Below, piece by piece: positions 48,328 through 61,527 of a stretch of DNA of 64,000 bases. Made by a program: the position numbers and the translations under genes. Every line of letters begins with the position of its first letter. The first letter of the stretch is position 1. Source of the DNA: Podarcis muralis (Eukaryota); assembly GCF_964188315.1 (NCBI RefSeq), contig NC_135671.1, positions 35,898,001 to 35,962,000 of the forward strand, written 5' to 3'. The notes under the pieces were generated by a model that saw only the letters and a program-made list of their open reading frames with translations, did no database searches and was not told where the DNA came from.

Positions 48328-50549
48328 CTCTTCCCAGCGGCCTGGTCCTGCTGTCCCTGTTGCTAAGCAGGAGGAAGAGGGGACTTTTTCAGGCTGACCA
48401 GATCTACAAAAATGAAATGTAGGGAAGAGAGAGTGACTTGGAGATCATCCCGGGAGGAGAAGGATACATTACTATTGGGGAGAGTTATCGTGATGTAGCA
48501 AGGAGACAAGATGTGCTGTGTGGGCATCTCTACCAGGAGTAGCTGGAACTGACGTGCAGCTGCCCCATGGGAGCCACTGAATTGCAGGTGGCCGGACTTC
48601 TCAATGAAGAACCTTCTAAAACTAGAGTGACCTCACCCACCCATTGGATCTTTCTGGGCAGGAAGGAATATAGAGGTCTTCCTGTCCCAGCTGAGCCTTG
48701 CATCATGGTTCATGGCCTAGGGCCTGGTCTCCTCTTAGGAGAAGAGACCATGGACACATGGGAGCATAATGGACTAGGAGGTAATTTTGCCCTTGGAACT
48801 TGCCTCCAATGTTCCCACCTGCTTAGAAATTCCAGCACCAGGCACCTGAAAAAGCTACATTACAGTCCAAGGACTCGAGCGTAGAGGCTGAAGTGCAGAA
48901 CTTGGAAACCTGCGGACCTCCAGTTGCTATTGGACTTCAGTTCCCATCAGTCCCAGCCAGTGTGGCTAATGGCTAGGGATGATGGAAGTTATAGTCCAGC
49001 AGCATCTGCAACACCCCCGTTTTCCCAGCCATGCCATAGTGGCACCATAGTGGGACCCCAGCCACCCTTGTGCTACTGGAGACAGGAGCTTATAAAGCAA
49101 GATGGGCCCCTTTTAAGAGTAGAAGTGCCACTCATGAGGGCTGAGGCTAGCTGTCTAGCAGAACCTGTAGCCCCACTTAAGGCTCAGGCTGGGCTTGCTG
49201 GCTGTTGCTGTTGCAGCAACACCAAAGTCTGGTTCCTCTGGCTTCTAGCCTAGTTTCCAACTGGAGCTGTCCAGGGTGCTACTTACCTTGGCCTCTACTT
49301 TGCCTAATTTCACTTATCTGGACCCATCCTCTGCTCTGCTTACTTCTGCCCTACTGGTGCTTGACCTCTGCATGAGCTGAATCTGCTTACTGGATCCTGA
49401 GCTTGGACTTTGCAACCTTGAGTCCCTTGAATCTGTGCTTAGTACATGCCCCCATTTCCCCCTGGTTGGGACCACTAGCTGGGATCGGACATCTTGCTTG
49501 AGCATCAGGGGATTCCTGAGCTCTGGTGTGTTCCTGCATCTGTGGTTAGTCCAGACTTGCAGATTTCTCCTTGACTCTATTGCCCCTTTTCTCCTCAGTG
49601 CTTGTCCCATGACCCAGCACTGGCAGTCACTGAAGGCTGTTGCTTGGCAAAAGTAAATGCATGGGAAAGGTTGGGGTGGCTTAGTGCAGGCACCACAATA
49701 CAGCAATTTGAAAATGACCAGATACAAATAAACTGCCACGATCTTGATTTATTTGCATGTACATCTTGGGTATAAACACATGTACCACCTGTACACATGC
49801 ACTACCTGTACATGTGCACAGATTGCATCCATATGTACACAACATAACACCTGGTTGACTAAGTGTTTTATTACCCACAAGGCTTCATGGAGGCAGAAGC
49901 CCTGCCTCTCAAATTAAGTGCATTGCTCTGTCTTGATGCCTCACACTGTTTCGGCTACTACATTGCCTCAGAGCACAGCCCCTGCCTTTTCCCTGGGGAT
50001 CCTTTAGAGAACAAACTGCCTTGGGGGACTGGTTGCTCTAATTTCAATTCAAAAAGATATGAGCAGTCTCTTCTGGTTCTGAGAGGTTGGTGATTCACTC
50101 TCATCTTTGGGGAGTTCCATTCAGAATCCAGGCTTGGTGGATTTAGGTGCCTTGAGACCTCCTGGCAAATGGTCCAGACTCTTGGTAAAGGGTGTGGCTA
50201 ACAGAGGAATTAAAAGCTTTCCTCTTGGCAACATCCTCACCTAACTTATTATCCTCATGCCAATTATTCTCCCAGGGGAAGAAAAGCAGGAAACATACAT
50301 AAGAGTGTGAACTGTGCAGCATGTCCCCTCGAATATTGCCTTAGAGCAGTGTCTGCCTAACCCAGTGTTCCCCATCTTTCTGACACCTGAGGCACACAAT
50401 TTTTCCAAATGAAAACTGGAAGCATGTGTCCCTCTCAAACCCAAAAGGACCAGAAGGAGATGGGCAGGTTGGACGTCTTATGATTCTGGCACTTAATGGT
50501 CTCTACTTCAGGTATATTTGGACCATTCCATTGCTCCAGATGTAGAGAG

Positions 50550-50551
<2 letters not shown>

Positions 50552-50596
<45 letters not shown>
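50552..50596. repeat. (TG)n microsatellite
   Basis: Read directly. Confidence 0.95.
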
Positions 50597-50598
<2 letters not shown>

Positions 50599-53500
50599 CA
50601 TTTATTGCCATCTCAAAGGATGGTGAGTTGAATGAGATTTCCTGGGAAACTATCATTATTTTAACGGCATAATATTCATGGTACATTGTGTATCACAACA
50701 CAAAGATACACATGGTGTTTCTCAACACGAAAGATTGGGAGCGACTGACCCTACTAACCTAGCATAGTTTGCCTGATGAGGGTGGAGTTCAAATCCATTT
50801 CAAATTAGCGTAGTGGGACTTCTAACGTAGGCAAGAATTAGGCCTCAGTTTTTCGTCTTCAAGATGCCGAGTCTATAGCTCCAGAAGCCATACAGTGCTA
50901 ACTAGCAGAATGAGGAGCCTACCTTTGCCCAAATGCCTGCCTGAACCTCTCCAGGGCCACCACAAAGTTCTTAAACAGCCCAGCAAGTTACAGCAGGCAA
51001 TGCACCCCACCCAGTGTTGGCAGTTCATCTGGCTTCTAGAACCTCAGCTCTGAGGTCGCCCTGTGATGTCACAGCCTGTTACCACTCCCCTTGAAGAGTC
51101 AGGCCCAGTCTCTCAATTCTGGCCTAAGATGGTTTTTGCTGCCTAAAGCAGAGCACCAAATGATGCCTCCACCGCACCCTGGGATCTTGCTGCATCATTC
51201 AGAGACTATTTTCTGCTTTCATCTGCATTCTTCTAAATGCCACCATCTGCTTCACCTTGTTGCATGATAGGACTGGTGCTGCAGGCTATAGGTCCTGAAG
51301 TACAATTACCTACCAGCACCAGAAAACAAGGCCAATGGCCAGTGATGATGGGAGTTATAGTTCAGCAATTTCTGGAAGGCTAAAGGTGGAAACCTGACGT
51401 AGAGCAAAAGCATGGAGGGGAATTGTGACCCACTTGTTCTTTCCCTAACCTCTGTGCATCTGCTGGCCTCACTCCCAGCCTCCAAACCTGCAGTAGAAGT
51501 GAGGAATGGGCTGTATGCATGGGCACATGTACACATGTAGAGCTTGTTCTCATCTTCTGGTGAATGTACTAAGTCAGGCCAGTGGAAGTGCAGAGGTCAA
51601 GAACGCAGCCACGAGGCACAACCCTATTCACCCTTCATGTTTTCAGTCTGCATGTAAATCTAAGGAGGAGAATACACACTTTCTGCACTCCCAACCACAC
51701 AATTCAAAAGTCACTTTGAAGTAGCAGGGGCTGTTGGCTTGCTAAGTCCTTTCTGGAACACCAAACACTTAAAGGCACACACGGCATGAATGGACTCCCA
51801 TCCCTGTGGTAGAACTATAAATGAGATAAAATTCCTAAGGAGATAATAGCAACAATAAAAAGTTTGGTTAGGAAAAGGCATCAAACTGGGTCAAGAATGC
51901 AGAGTTCTGCATTCTTGACCCATTTTTTGCATGCTCAAGGGAAACATGTGGAGAAAATAGCAATTTGATGCTTTCCTACCTTACAGAGGCAGCAAACATG
52001 GACATTTTAGGGAGCTACAAGGAAGACGTCTGTGTGAGTGTTCCTTAGGAACACCTACATTTCTAGCCAACTCACTGGTTCTTCATGCTGAGTTCATGAT
52101 AGCTAGGTTCTGTCTTTGCTGTTGAAGGCGGAAGCACTGGTGGAGACATTACCGTTGCGTTCAGTTCCTGCTTGCAGGCTTCCCAGATGCATCTGGTTGG
52201 CTACTGCTGAGAACAGAATGCTGGACTACATGGTCCCTTGGTCTGATCTAGCAGGGTTCTTCTTATGTGCAAGGCCAGCCTACCACTAGGCAGCAAGTGG
52301 TGGGAGAGCTGCTGCAGCCCCTGTGCTGGTTTGCAGCCGTCTGATGTGGTGGAGGATGTTGTTACATCACTAATGTTGGCTTGAAGTCAGATTCACACAC
52401 CAGAGATAACCATCTTCTCCTTTGCCTCACCTTGTGTGTGAATATATCCCAGAGTGGGAGTTTAGGGTTTCCATTTTGGGAATCCTCCCACCACAATGTA
52501 GCCATATTTAGGGAAGAGTGAACACACTTGAGGATGGGGCGAAATTGTCTTCATCCCTGTGCAGGTTCCTTGCAGGCATTCCCTTGAACCTGCACCCTTC
52601 TGGGGCAGAAACTGCCACCACAATGCTACTGCAGCTTCTGCCATACCTCTAGTTCATTGTACCTCTAATGAATGCCTCTGTAGGACTACCCAGACTAAAA
52701 TCTCCCCCTACTGAAAACTGAAATGTCACCCCAGCTGCACCCTTACTAGTTTGACTAGTGAAGGAGAAGAAAATGTGCAATCAGTACTCCTCCTAGCTGC
52801 AAAAGTGGGCTGGAGCCCATCAATTAGACTCATTCATTGGATTCAAAGAATCAACACTTGGTCAAGACTTAACTATGATTTGTAAAAGCTTATTGACATA
52901 TAGCGCTATGGGAGGGCTGGAGATTATTATTTCCTGCCATCTGCCACCACCCCCATACCTTGTGCCATGTCCTGAGGGCACAGCCTCTCCTCTCCACATA
53001 CGATTGCCAATTAGTAATAATGAGGAAGGCTGCCCACTGGGACCCAGAGGAAGGCTTAGCAATCACAAGGGCCTAATCACATTAAACTGCAATCGAAGGG
53101 CAATCAGCACAACAGCAACAGTCGATGCACAATTTCAGGGCTCATCCTTCTACTAACTTCCCAGAAGCTTTGGGGGGTTGCAGGGAGCCACACAGGCGGT
53201 ATAAAGAAACAATAAACAAGAGTACAAAGCATCGCATTGCTGAATGAGACCATCTTCTAGCCCACCGTCATGTTTCCGAAAAGGCCACCCAGATGTTTCT
53301 GGGGTTGGACTAGATGACCCTCAGGGTCCCTTCCAACTCTAATTCTAGTTTTCTAAGGCGCATGTGCAATGGCCACACCCTGCTGTTACTCCCGTTCTCA
53401 GCGGTAGGGTTTCCGAACGTGGAAAGATTCTGTTCTATCATATCTAATGATCAGTCTATCCTCTGTACATGTTATCTATTCTAGCCCTTAAGTGAACTGC

Positions 53501-54829
53501 ACATTGTGTGGAGGTTTATTTCATTATTCTCAGTCTTGAAGAACCTCTCAGCCATCAGTTTCATTGGGCGATTCCCAGAGAAAAGGAGCACAATGTCCCT
53601 CTCTTCCTTTGCAATAGCAACCAAGCAGGTGCAGGATTCTTGGATCACTGCAGAATTCCTAGGTTAGAGACGGTGAAGGTTAGAACTCTTTGATGACCTG
53701 CTGGACTTCCTGTCCAGCCACCACCCACACTTAATGGCAGGCATGGCACTTGTGTGGCACAAAGCAGCCACTGGTGCCATTGCTATTATCTTTCATTACA
53801 TCGTGTCTGTTTTTAAAAGGGAGAGATTGGCTCCCCAGTGTCGGGGTGAGACGTGGCCTCAAGCAGTGCCCAGCCACACTATTCACACCTTGGGTCCTTT
53901 ACCACTACCCTGCAAGCACTGATGAGCTGGAATGCTGGACTAGCTGCAGGTTCCCCTTACCTGCCAGACCAGTCGGCACCTTTGTCCCTCTGGAGTTGCT
54001 TTTAAGCTCCACAATTGAGTCACAAAGACAAAAGCTTCAGCAAGGAAAACCCAAAATGATAAGCAGTGGCCTGATATGACCCCCACCTCACCCCTGTTAG
54101 GACAGCAGTGGATCTGAGTGTGGAGATGCTTTTGCAGTGGCTGGAAGGGCTGCAGACGCTGCAAGTCAATTCCAAGGGGGATGTGGCAAGCAGAGAGCTT
54201 TTCAAGGGCCTCTCTGTGGACCGGCTGGCTCCTGCTGTTCCAAGGGATTTGCCTTGACAATAGAAAGTCATGATTGCTGGAACCTTATCCCAGGAGATGG
54301 GTTCAGGGTGGGCTGCCACCCACAGAGGGCCTCTGGAGTGCTGTCAAGAAAGGCATCAATTCAACACACTCACAGAGCAATTGGCATACCTCGGGAAGTC
54401 AAGGTGTGCACGCCACTCCAAGAGAGCTACAAAACTCTCATAAACAAAAACGCACACATACTTACAAGTGCATCACAGGGAACTGTAACAAAGCAATGCA
54501 ACAACTCTCCACATGCAGACATATGCATCCATTCAGGTGAGCATCTAGGCACATCTATAACCTGCATTAATAACTTTTAAAGTAACTCTGCTGCACAAAT
54601 TCACATTCCGGACTGCACACATACCCAGAGTTCCAGTATCCTTCCACTCCACATGCCTTGCCTGGCCCCGTTCCCTTGATGTGAACATCCCTTCCCTTCC
54701 CTACCCCACCCCACCCCCTCCTGCTCCTGGCCATCTCCATCCTGGGAGGGGGTGCTCCAGGCCAAGGGGTGGGAGGCGACATGGCAAAGCCGCGCCCTCC
54801 ACACGTAAGACAGACAACCAGGGAGGGGG

Positions 54830-54851
54830 TGACGTCAGAACTGGCTTAAAA
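54830..54851 (+). promoter_or_regulatory. PROP1 proximal promoter: full CRE palindrome TGACGTCA plus TATA-like CTTAAAA
   Basis: TGACGTCA at 54830-54837 and CTTAAAA at 54845-54851, 40-60 nt upstream of ATG 54888. Confidence 0.5.
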
Positions 54852-54887
54852 GTTTGGTTGGGGGGGACACAGCAAGGATCAAAGGAG

Positions 54888-55644
54888 ATGGAGGGTGGAC
54901 GAACAGGGAAAAGGAAGAGCGAAGGGTTCACTGACGTATACCCTGAGACTGTCAGCTCCACAGCTGGTGAGTTTGGGGAAGCTTTGGTCTACAGACATGA
55001 GGAGGGGCACAGGGAGGCCATCTAGACCAAAGAGGGTCCAGATGCTACTGAACATTTGGGCGGAGGAAAAGCTGCATGTGAGGGGTTGTGCAGAGGGGGA
55101 CTTGGGAGCCAGCACATCAGTGATGTGCTTCCAGCTCTGAGCAGGACTTGAAAACTGTGTGGGAAGAAGTCTACAAAAGCCTTTAGGAAACATTTGCAAG
55201 GCTTCCTTTTTAGAGCTTTTTATTAGAGCCAAAAACCAGGGTCAAGCAGACCTGGGGGTGATCTTTGTTTCTGTACGTTGTTTCTGTATTAAATGGGAAG
55301 TGATATTTTTGTGGTATTTCTTCTTCTTACACCATTGTTGAGCTTTGGAGGAGAGACGGACAGTGAGATGGGAATATTCCAGGGCGGTGTGTCTAGCTCT
55401 TCTCCTGGTGACCTATTTATTGAGCATCTATCTTTATTTGCTAACACAAAGCTTATGTGTTAAATTATATCCGGTCTCTATTGAGAATTCATTATTTGTA
55501 GGCAGGTTACACAGCAATGAGCATTCATCCTGATTTGCTTGCAAAGTTTTTATATATCTTCCCATTCATCATTTGTACAATCCACACTTCTCAGTGCATC
55601 TCCCTGTCTCTTTCCTAATCACATAAAGTCCATCTCTTTCTTTT

Positions 55645-55700
<56 letters not shown>

Positions 55701-58700
55701 ATATTTATATTCCTTATTCCTCCAAGGAGCTCAATGTGGTTTTCCGAGTTCTCCTACTCCCACTTTTCTCCTCACAACAACCCTGCAAAGTAGGTTAGGC
55801 TGAGGGACAGTGACTGGCCTAAGATCAGCCAGTGAGCTTGTGACTGAGTAGGGATGTGAATCCTGGTATTCTGGGTCCTAGTCCAACAGGTACACAGGTA
55901 AAGGTAAAGGTACCCCTGCCCGTACAGGCCAGTCTTGACAGACTCTAGGGTTGTGCACTCATCTCACTCTAGAGGCCGGGAGCCAGCGCTGTCCGCAGAC
56001 ACTTCCAGGTCACGTGGCCAGCATGACGAAGCTGCTCCGGCGAACCAGCACCAGAGCAGCACACGGAAACGCTGTTTACCTTCCCGCTATGAAGCAGTAC
56101 CTATTTATCTACTTGCACTTAAGAGTGCTTTCGAACTGCTAGGTGGGCAGGAGTTGGGACCGAACGACAGGAGCTCACCCCGCTGCGGGGATTCGAACCG
56201 CCGACCATACGATCAGCAAGTCCTAGGCGCTGAGGTTTTACCCACAGCGCCACCCGCGTCCCTCTAAACAGGTACACTACATTGGCTTTATTAAAGTGGT
56301 TGTTGTGCTAGAATGGAGCACTTTAATCACTTTTAATTGTAAACCTAAATTTCCCAGTATACGCTTGAACCCCTTCCACAGAATACTGACAGTCTGGAGA
56401 CACTTTGAGGTTGGGGTTTGGTAGGACAGCCTATCAGGAGAGCATATTTGAATACTGTCTGTGGCTTTCAGAACCATCTTCTGTGCTCATCACAATACTA
56501 ATCACAAACTTAATTCTGATCCGAGACCAAATTCCATGAAACCACCAGCAGATGGTGCCTCCTGGCCTTTTTGCAACCCCAAATCAATCCCAAATTTGTG
56601 ATGGAAGCGGAAAGCAATGTAACTGTGGTTGCATGCACACCATACATTTCAAAGCACATGACTCCTTTAAAAGGAATCCTGGGAACTGTAGTTTGTTAAG
56701 GGTGCTGGGAATCATAGTTCTGTGAGAGGTAAGCTACAGTTCTCAAGATGTTTTGAGGAAAGTCATGTGCTTTAAATGTATGGTGCATGTGCAGTTTCGG
56801 TCCCTTGGTTTCCTGGAAGGGGCAACCCTTCCATGCATAGTCAAGGAACCATCTGTCCTAGTTCCAGATCTTGTTCAGTGTGATTTTAGCCAGGAGGTCT
56901 TTTGGAGGGGAAGAGTTGCCACAGTCTCCACAAAAGCAGGAAACTTGTCCCAAGGAAAGAGCAAACTCATTTTCCACATGACAGCCTCTAAGGAGCTGGA
57001 GGAGATTGCTGAGTAGCAGGAGACTGAAATAGGCTGGAGGGGGGCTTGTAATCCCTTGGGGGCAGCCTCTCCCGAAACACTCGGATGCAAAGACATTAAT
57101 GAGAAAGCTGTTTGGACTCAGATCCCTGGGGGCTCAAGTTCCTCTATGCTGGGGTCCCAAATTAATTAGCTTTTCAGGTGAGCCTATTGTGCTCCCCTCA
57201 CTCTCACGATCTCAGGTTCTCCCAGGGAGTGGGGGCTGGAGAATCATGTTCCCCACAGTTAATCCTAGGGATTGCAGGAAGGAATTGGGGAAAGGGTGTG
57301 GGGAAATATTGTTACCATTCTGGCACTTCATTATCAGTACAAGAGGTAAAGGTTCACAACACCTGATGCTGCCAGGTGCGGCTTCTGAAAAATTATTTGA
57401 AACGCTCACAGAACTTACAAAGCAGGAGACCCTTTATGAAGAAGAGACAGTTGCGACGCAGCTTTTTGCAGCTAGCTAAAGCAATATCCAAGTGGTTCTA
57501 AGAAATATAAGGTCTGCTTGCTGCCACCCACCAGGATCACATACTGTACCAGGGTTGGCTCAAGCTACAGTATTCTGCTGTCCTGAGCCAAAAATAACAA
57601 TTTTAAAAAATCATTCTACAGGGTGGGAAGTGTGGGGAGCCCACACAATATGTAGGAGGAAGAGGGATCTCTTTCAAGGGTCGTTCCATTTCTAGCTCCT
57701 TTCATAAAATCATAGAATTGTAGAGATGGAAGGGATCCTGAGGGTAATCTAGTCTAGTCCAATGCCCTGCAATGCAGGAATATGCAGGTGGCCCGTATGG
57801 GGATTAAACCCGTGACCTTGATGTTATCAGCACCACACTCTAACCAGCTGGGCAGGAGTATGTAAGGTCCAAACCACACGGGCCTGGCAAACATGCATAA
57901 ATGGAACTCCCAAGAGCCTTCCTAAAAGGAAAAGCAGCTTTGGGAGGGAATGATCTAGCGCAAAGAAGCAAGACCAAACAGACCTCACAGCTGCAGAGTT
58001 CTTGTTGTAGCAATGTCACATTAAGAGGAGTGCTTCGAGATGTGGGCGGAGGGGAAGGTGGGGGTGAGGATGGGTTAAAGGAGTAGTGGTTAGAAAGTGC
58101 TCAGTCCTGAGGGGAACTGGCAAAGTTTTGGATAAAGGTGACTTGTAGGTCAAGACAGAGAGATGCCAGTGGATCCTCTTCTTGCCTTCCAGATGTGGAA
58201 GTTGCCCTCTGTAAGAAGTTCCCCAATGTACCAGAACCGGCTGGGGTCTCTCTGGCTGCACCTTCCTCCCTTCACACAGCTGCCGCCCCTACCAGGAGAC
58301 GTCACCGGACTACCTTCAGCCAGGACCAGCTAGATCACCTGGAGGCAGCATTTGCAAAAAACCATTACCCTGATATTTACTGCCGAGAGGAGCTGGCCAG
58401 GGCTATCAAACTCAATGAGGCTCGCATCCAGGTACATATGGACACTGCCATATTGGACGTGTTAAAAGCAGCCTGCAAGGGGCCTTTTGGAAACTGGGTC
58501 TCCAAGTCACTTACGTGCTGCGCCTTTCTGCAACCATGGGACAAAGAAAGTGTGCTTTTCAAAGTCACATTTAGAACAATTTTTCCCCTTGGTGTTTTTC
58601 ATTCTATGTTTTCCTAATAGTGAGGAAGTATTTTACTAACTGCATTAATGGGTGTATGGACTTGAAGCTCTCCGTTTATGTAAACTTAAACAGTTATGTT

Positions 58701-59750
58701 ACATGTATTTCCTTATAAAAATATTTATAGATCACTAATTCATATTAAAAAAAATCAGAGTGCTTCACGACAATTGTACATAAAAATACATACAACAAAA
58801 CCCATAGAAAATAGTTAAAATCAGAAAACAGGTAACTATTGTGGAAAGATGCATTCTTAATTGCCTGAAAGAATAGAAAAGTTTTCAGCTGGTGTTTAAA
58901 AGTTGAAACAAAAGGCACAGGGCCAGACCAGACCTATGTTACTGGTTACATGTTGTTGTAACATAGATTCTATATGAGAAACTGAGGCATCCCCCTCCCA
59001 ATACCTACGACTTTTTTATTTTAACCAAAAAAAATATTAACCAGAGAACCAGCTGGGTGTGCAGAAAGTCCAGAAAGCTGCTAAGAATCTCTGCTTGGGC
59101 CCACAATTCCAATCTGTCTACCTACACGTACCTATGTATAAATGTGCATCATTACCCTTTTGCCTGTTGTTTTGTAAGTATAATTAGTCCATCCCAAACA
59201 CACTGCACAAGCTTATCTCATAATTTCCTGCTTCTGGCAGATGTTTACCATCTGCCGATGTCCCAGAACATTCTTGGTTTTCTTAAAAGGCTGGCACTGA
59301 CAAGTTATGGATTTTCAGGAATAATTCTATTCTAAACATCATTGCCAAGATGCCTTGCCCAGGGAATACAATTCATAATATGCATTTTCTCTCTCCTTGT
59401 GCTGACAGGTTTGGTTCCAGAACCGGCGAGCCAAGCAGCGAAAGCAGGAACGAGCGCTGCCCAAACCAGGCACCCCTGGTGTCCTCTGTCCCCTGCCTAC
59501 ACCCCTATCTCGACAGTACCAATATCCCCCCACTCTTGGGTCACATCATCACCTGCCTCGCTTTCCCTCCACCTACACTCTGCCACCCCCACCTCCCCCT
59601 ACTACTTCTGCCCAGTTTTCCTGTCCTGCGCCCCACCACCCTCAACCCTCCCATGCTCACGAAGACTGGTACAGCCCACTGCGCTCCACAGCTGCTCCGC
59701 CACCTCCTGTGCTCTCTCTGAGTCTCGACCCCAGCACCCACTGGAACTAA
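54888..59750 (+). CDS. PROP1: Homeobox protein prophet of Pit-1 (paired-like homeodomain), 219 aa
   Basis: Exons 54888-54966 ([10 protein letters not shown]..), 58193-58431 ([46 protein letters not shown]) and 59409-59750 ([38 protein letters not shown]). Q50 paired-like homeodomain with an intron before VWFQN. The C-terminus EDWY..PPPP..SL(D/E)PS..WN is characteristic of PROP1. Exon 1 is less certain than exons 2-3. Confidence 0.93.
55636..55700. repeat. (TTTC)n microsatellite
   Basis: Read directly. Confidence 0.95.
55700..55895 (-). mobile_element. MIR/Ther1-like (Squam3-like) SINE
   Basis: cctcacaacaaccctgcaaagtagg..ggcctaagatcagccagtgagc core. Related copies at about 2512-2640 and 27840-27975. 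Confidence 0.55.
55896..56262 (-). mobile_element. Sauria SINE with 11-bp TSD, nested in a MIR-like SINE in PROP1 intron 1
   Basis: TSD aacaggtacac at 55885-55895 and 56267-56277. Confidence 0.9.
57706..57853 (-). mobile_element. tRNA-Ile-derived SINE with CR1-type 3' tail
   Basis: The minus strand reads cagctggttagagtgtggtgctGATaacatcaaggtcacgggtttaatccccatacgggcca (tRNA-Ile-like), followed directly by a CR1-like tail ..ggactaga..cccttccatctctacaattctatgatt. Confidence 0.7.
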
Positions 59751-60203
59751 GAGCTCTTTCTCTGCAGCAGATTGACAAGGTGCAGGAACACAGGGCAGAG
59801 GAAATTCTCAGAAAGATACCCAAAGATGTGCGTCGTTGTCTTGTTTATTCTGCTGGTAGTGGCTTCCATTAAGCAATTGTGCTGCATGAGCTTGACTGTT
59901 CCAGTGATAAACAACAACACACACACACACCACTGCCAAACAGTGATATGCATGGTATCTGAAGAACACGCTCAGTGTAACACCCTGTTTAAGCTACGTC
60001 AACGTATCTGCTGAAGAACCCCTGCCCCTTTGCTACAAAACCCCTGTGCTTCTCAAAGTCTTCTCGAATGGAGAGAGAGGACTTGGTCCATGTAAGGTGC
60101 TGCCCAGGCCAGTTGGGCCAAACCTTCACATGAACAACTTAGAGAGCAACCTAGAACCCCAAACTTCTCAGTATCTGCAATTTGAAAGTAGGGTGGCCCG
60201 ATA

Positions 60204-60551
60204 AGGTAAAGGTAAAGGTACCCCTGCCCGTACGGGCCAGTCGTGTCCGACTCTGGGGTTGCGCGCCCATCTCGCTTAAGAGGCCGGGCGCCAGCGCTGT
60301 CCGAAGACACTTCCGGGTCACGTGGCCAGCGTGACAAGCTGCATCTGGCGAGCCAGCGCAGCACACGGAAACACCGTTTACCTTCCTGCTAGTAAGCGGT
60401 CCTTATTTATCTACTTGCACCCGGGGGTGCTTTCGAACTGCTAGGTTGGCAGGCGCTGGGACCGAGCAACGGGAGCGCACCCCGCCACGGGGATTCGAAC
60501 CGCCGACCTGACGATCAGCAAGTCCTAAAACCTCAGCGCCACCCGCGTCCC
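60204..60551 (-). mobile_element. Sauria SINE (second subfamily) with about 14-bp TSD
   Basis: TSD agggtg(g/a)cccgata at 60190-60203 and 60553-60566. Confidence 0.9.
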
Positions 60552-61481
60552 CAGGGTGACCCGATACACATTGTCAAAAAAAAGCATTTGCAGCACCAAA
60601 AAAAGAGGGCACCAGTTTGCATATGGTAATTTATATGTATAATTAAGTACTTAACCCGAGGTACCACTGTATTTACCTTTTAGACCTTGAAGGATCTGAG
60701 ATGGATGGTGGTGGATGTATTTCAATGTACCTTCACACCCTCCCACATTTCAGAGATGAAAATTGGGGTGCTCTTGTGAATGTGTGATGTGCCTCGAGTG
60801 GCACACGACAAATCATTGCCTCAGAATGATTCTGTCCCTCCTCCGCCACCACACATTATGTAATGCTGAAAGCTCTTTTTGGCCTACTACTCCAGATTTC
60901 ATTCATTTGCTCTGAAATAGCCTGTCTAGTCTAGCACTGGCTTCTAAAAGAGTGAAGCAGGATATATTAGTAAACTTCAGAGTTTTCAGTTTGTTTGTTT
61001 TTTACAAAAGACTTTAACGTTTAATAAAATGCTAAATGCTAAAATGGATCTGCTGGTTTTTGTTACAGAACAGTTGCAACTCAAACAGAAAAATAATAAT
61101 TTCACAGTGACATCTATATTATCAGCATTGTTTGGGGAGGGGGAGGATGGAAGGAAAGTGGCACCAAGGGATTTTATGTCTGTATAATTTGCATGCCTGT
61201 GCCTTAAATAGATGCATGTCCAGATGCATCTACCCACCTATTGGGAGCTTTAATTAATCTAGAGGAGCTGAACCGTGAAGAATTCTAGTGCATGTGTGTG
61301 CAAATTAATACAATCTTGCAAAGGCGTTCCCCAAAGACATAACAAGGATGGTATCTTTCAAGAGAATGATACAAGAACAATAAGGACTACCAGTAACTTT
61401 TACAAAGTGACTGCTGGAATGTGCTCACCTGGTCTCAAATGCATATGCATGTAAACAACTGCACATGGAACACATGAAGAA

Positions 61482-61526
<45 letters not shown>

Positions 61527-61527
61527 T
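61482..61527. repeat. (TTA)n microsatellite
   Basis: Read directly. Confidence 0.95.

Noticed and set aside
57789-57853. Functional tRNA-Ile gene
   Set aside because: The 5' acceptor stem and T-loop are degenerate (GGTTTAATCC), and it is fused to a CR1 tail, so it is a SINE head.
59342-59872. Long ORFs 59342-59872 and 59350-59721
   Set aside because: They are alternative frames over PROP1 exon 3. The true frame begins GTT TGG TTC CAG at 59409.
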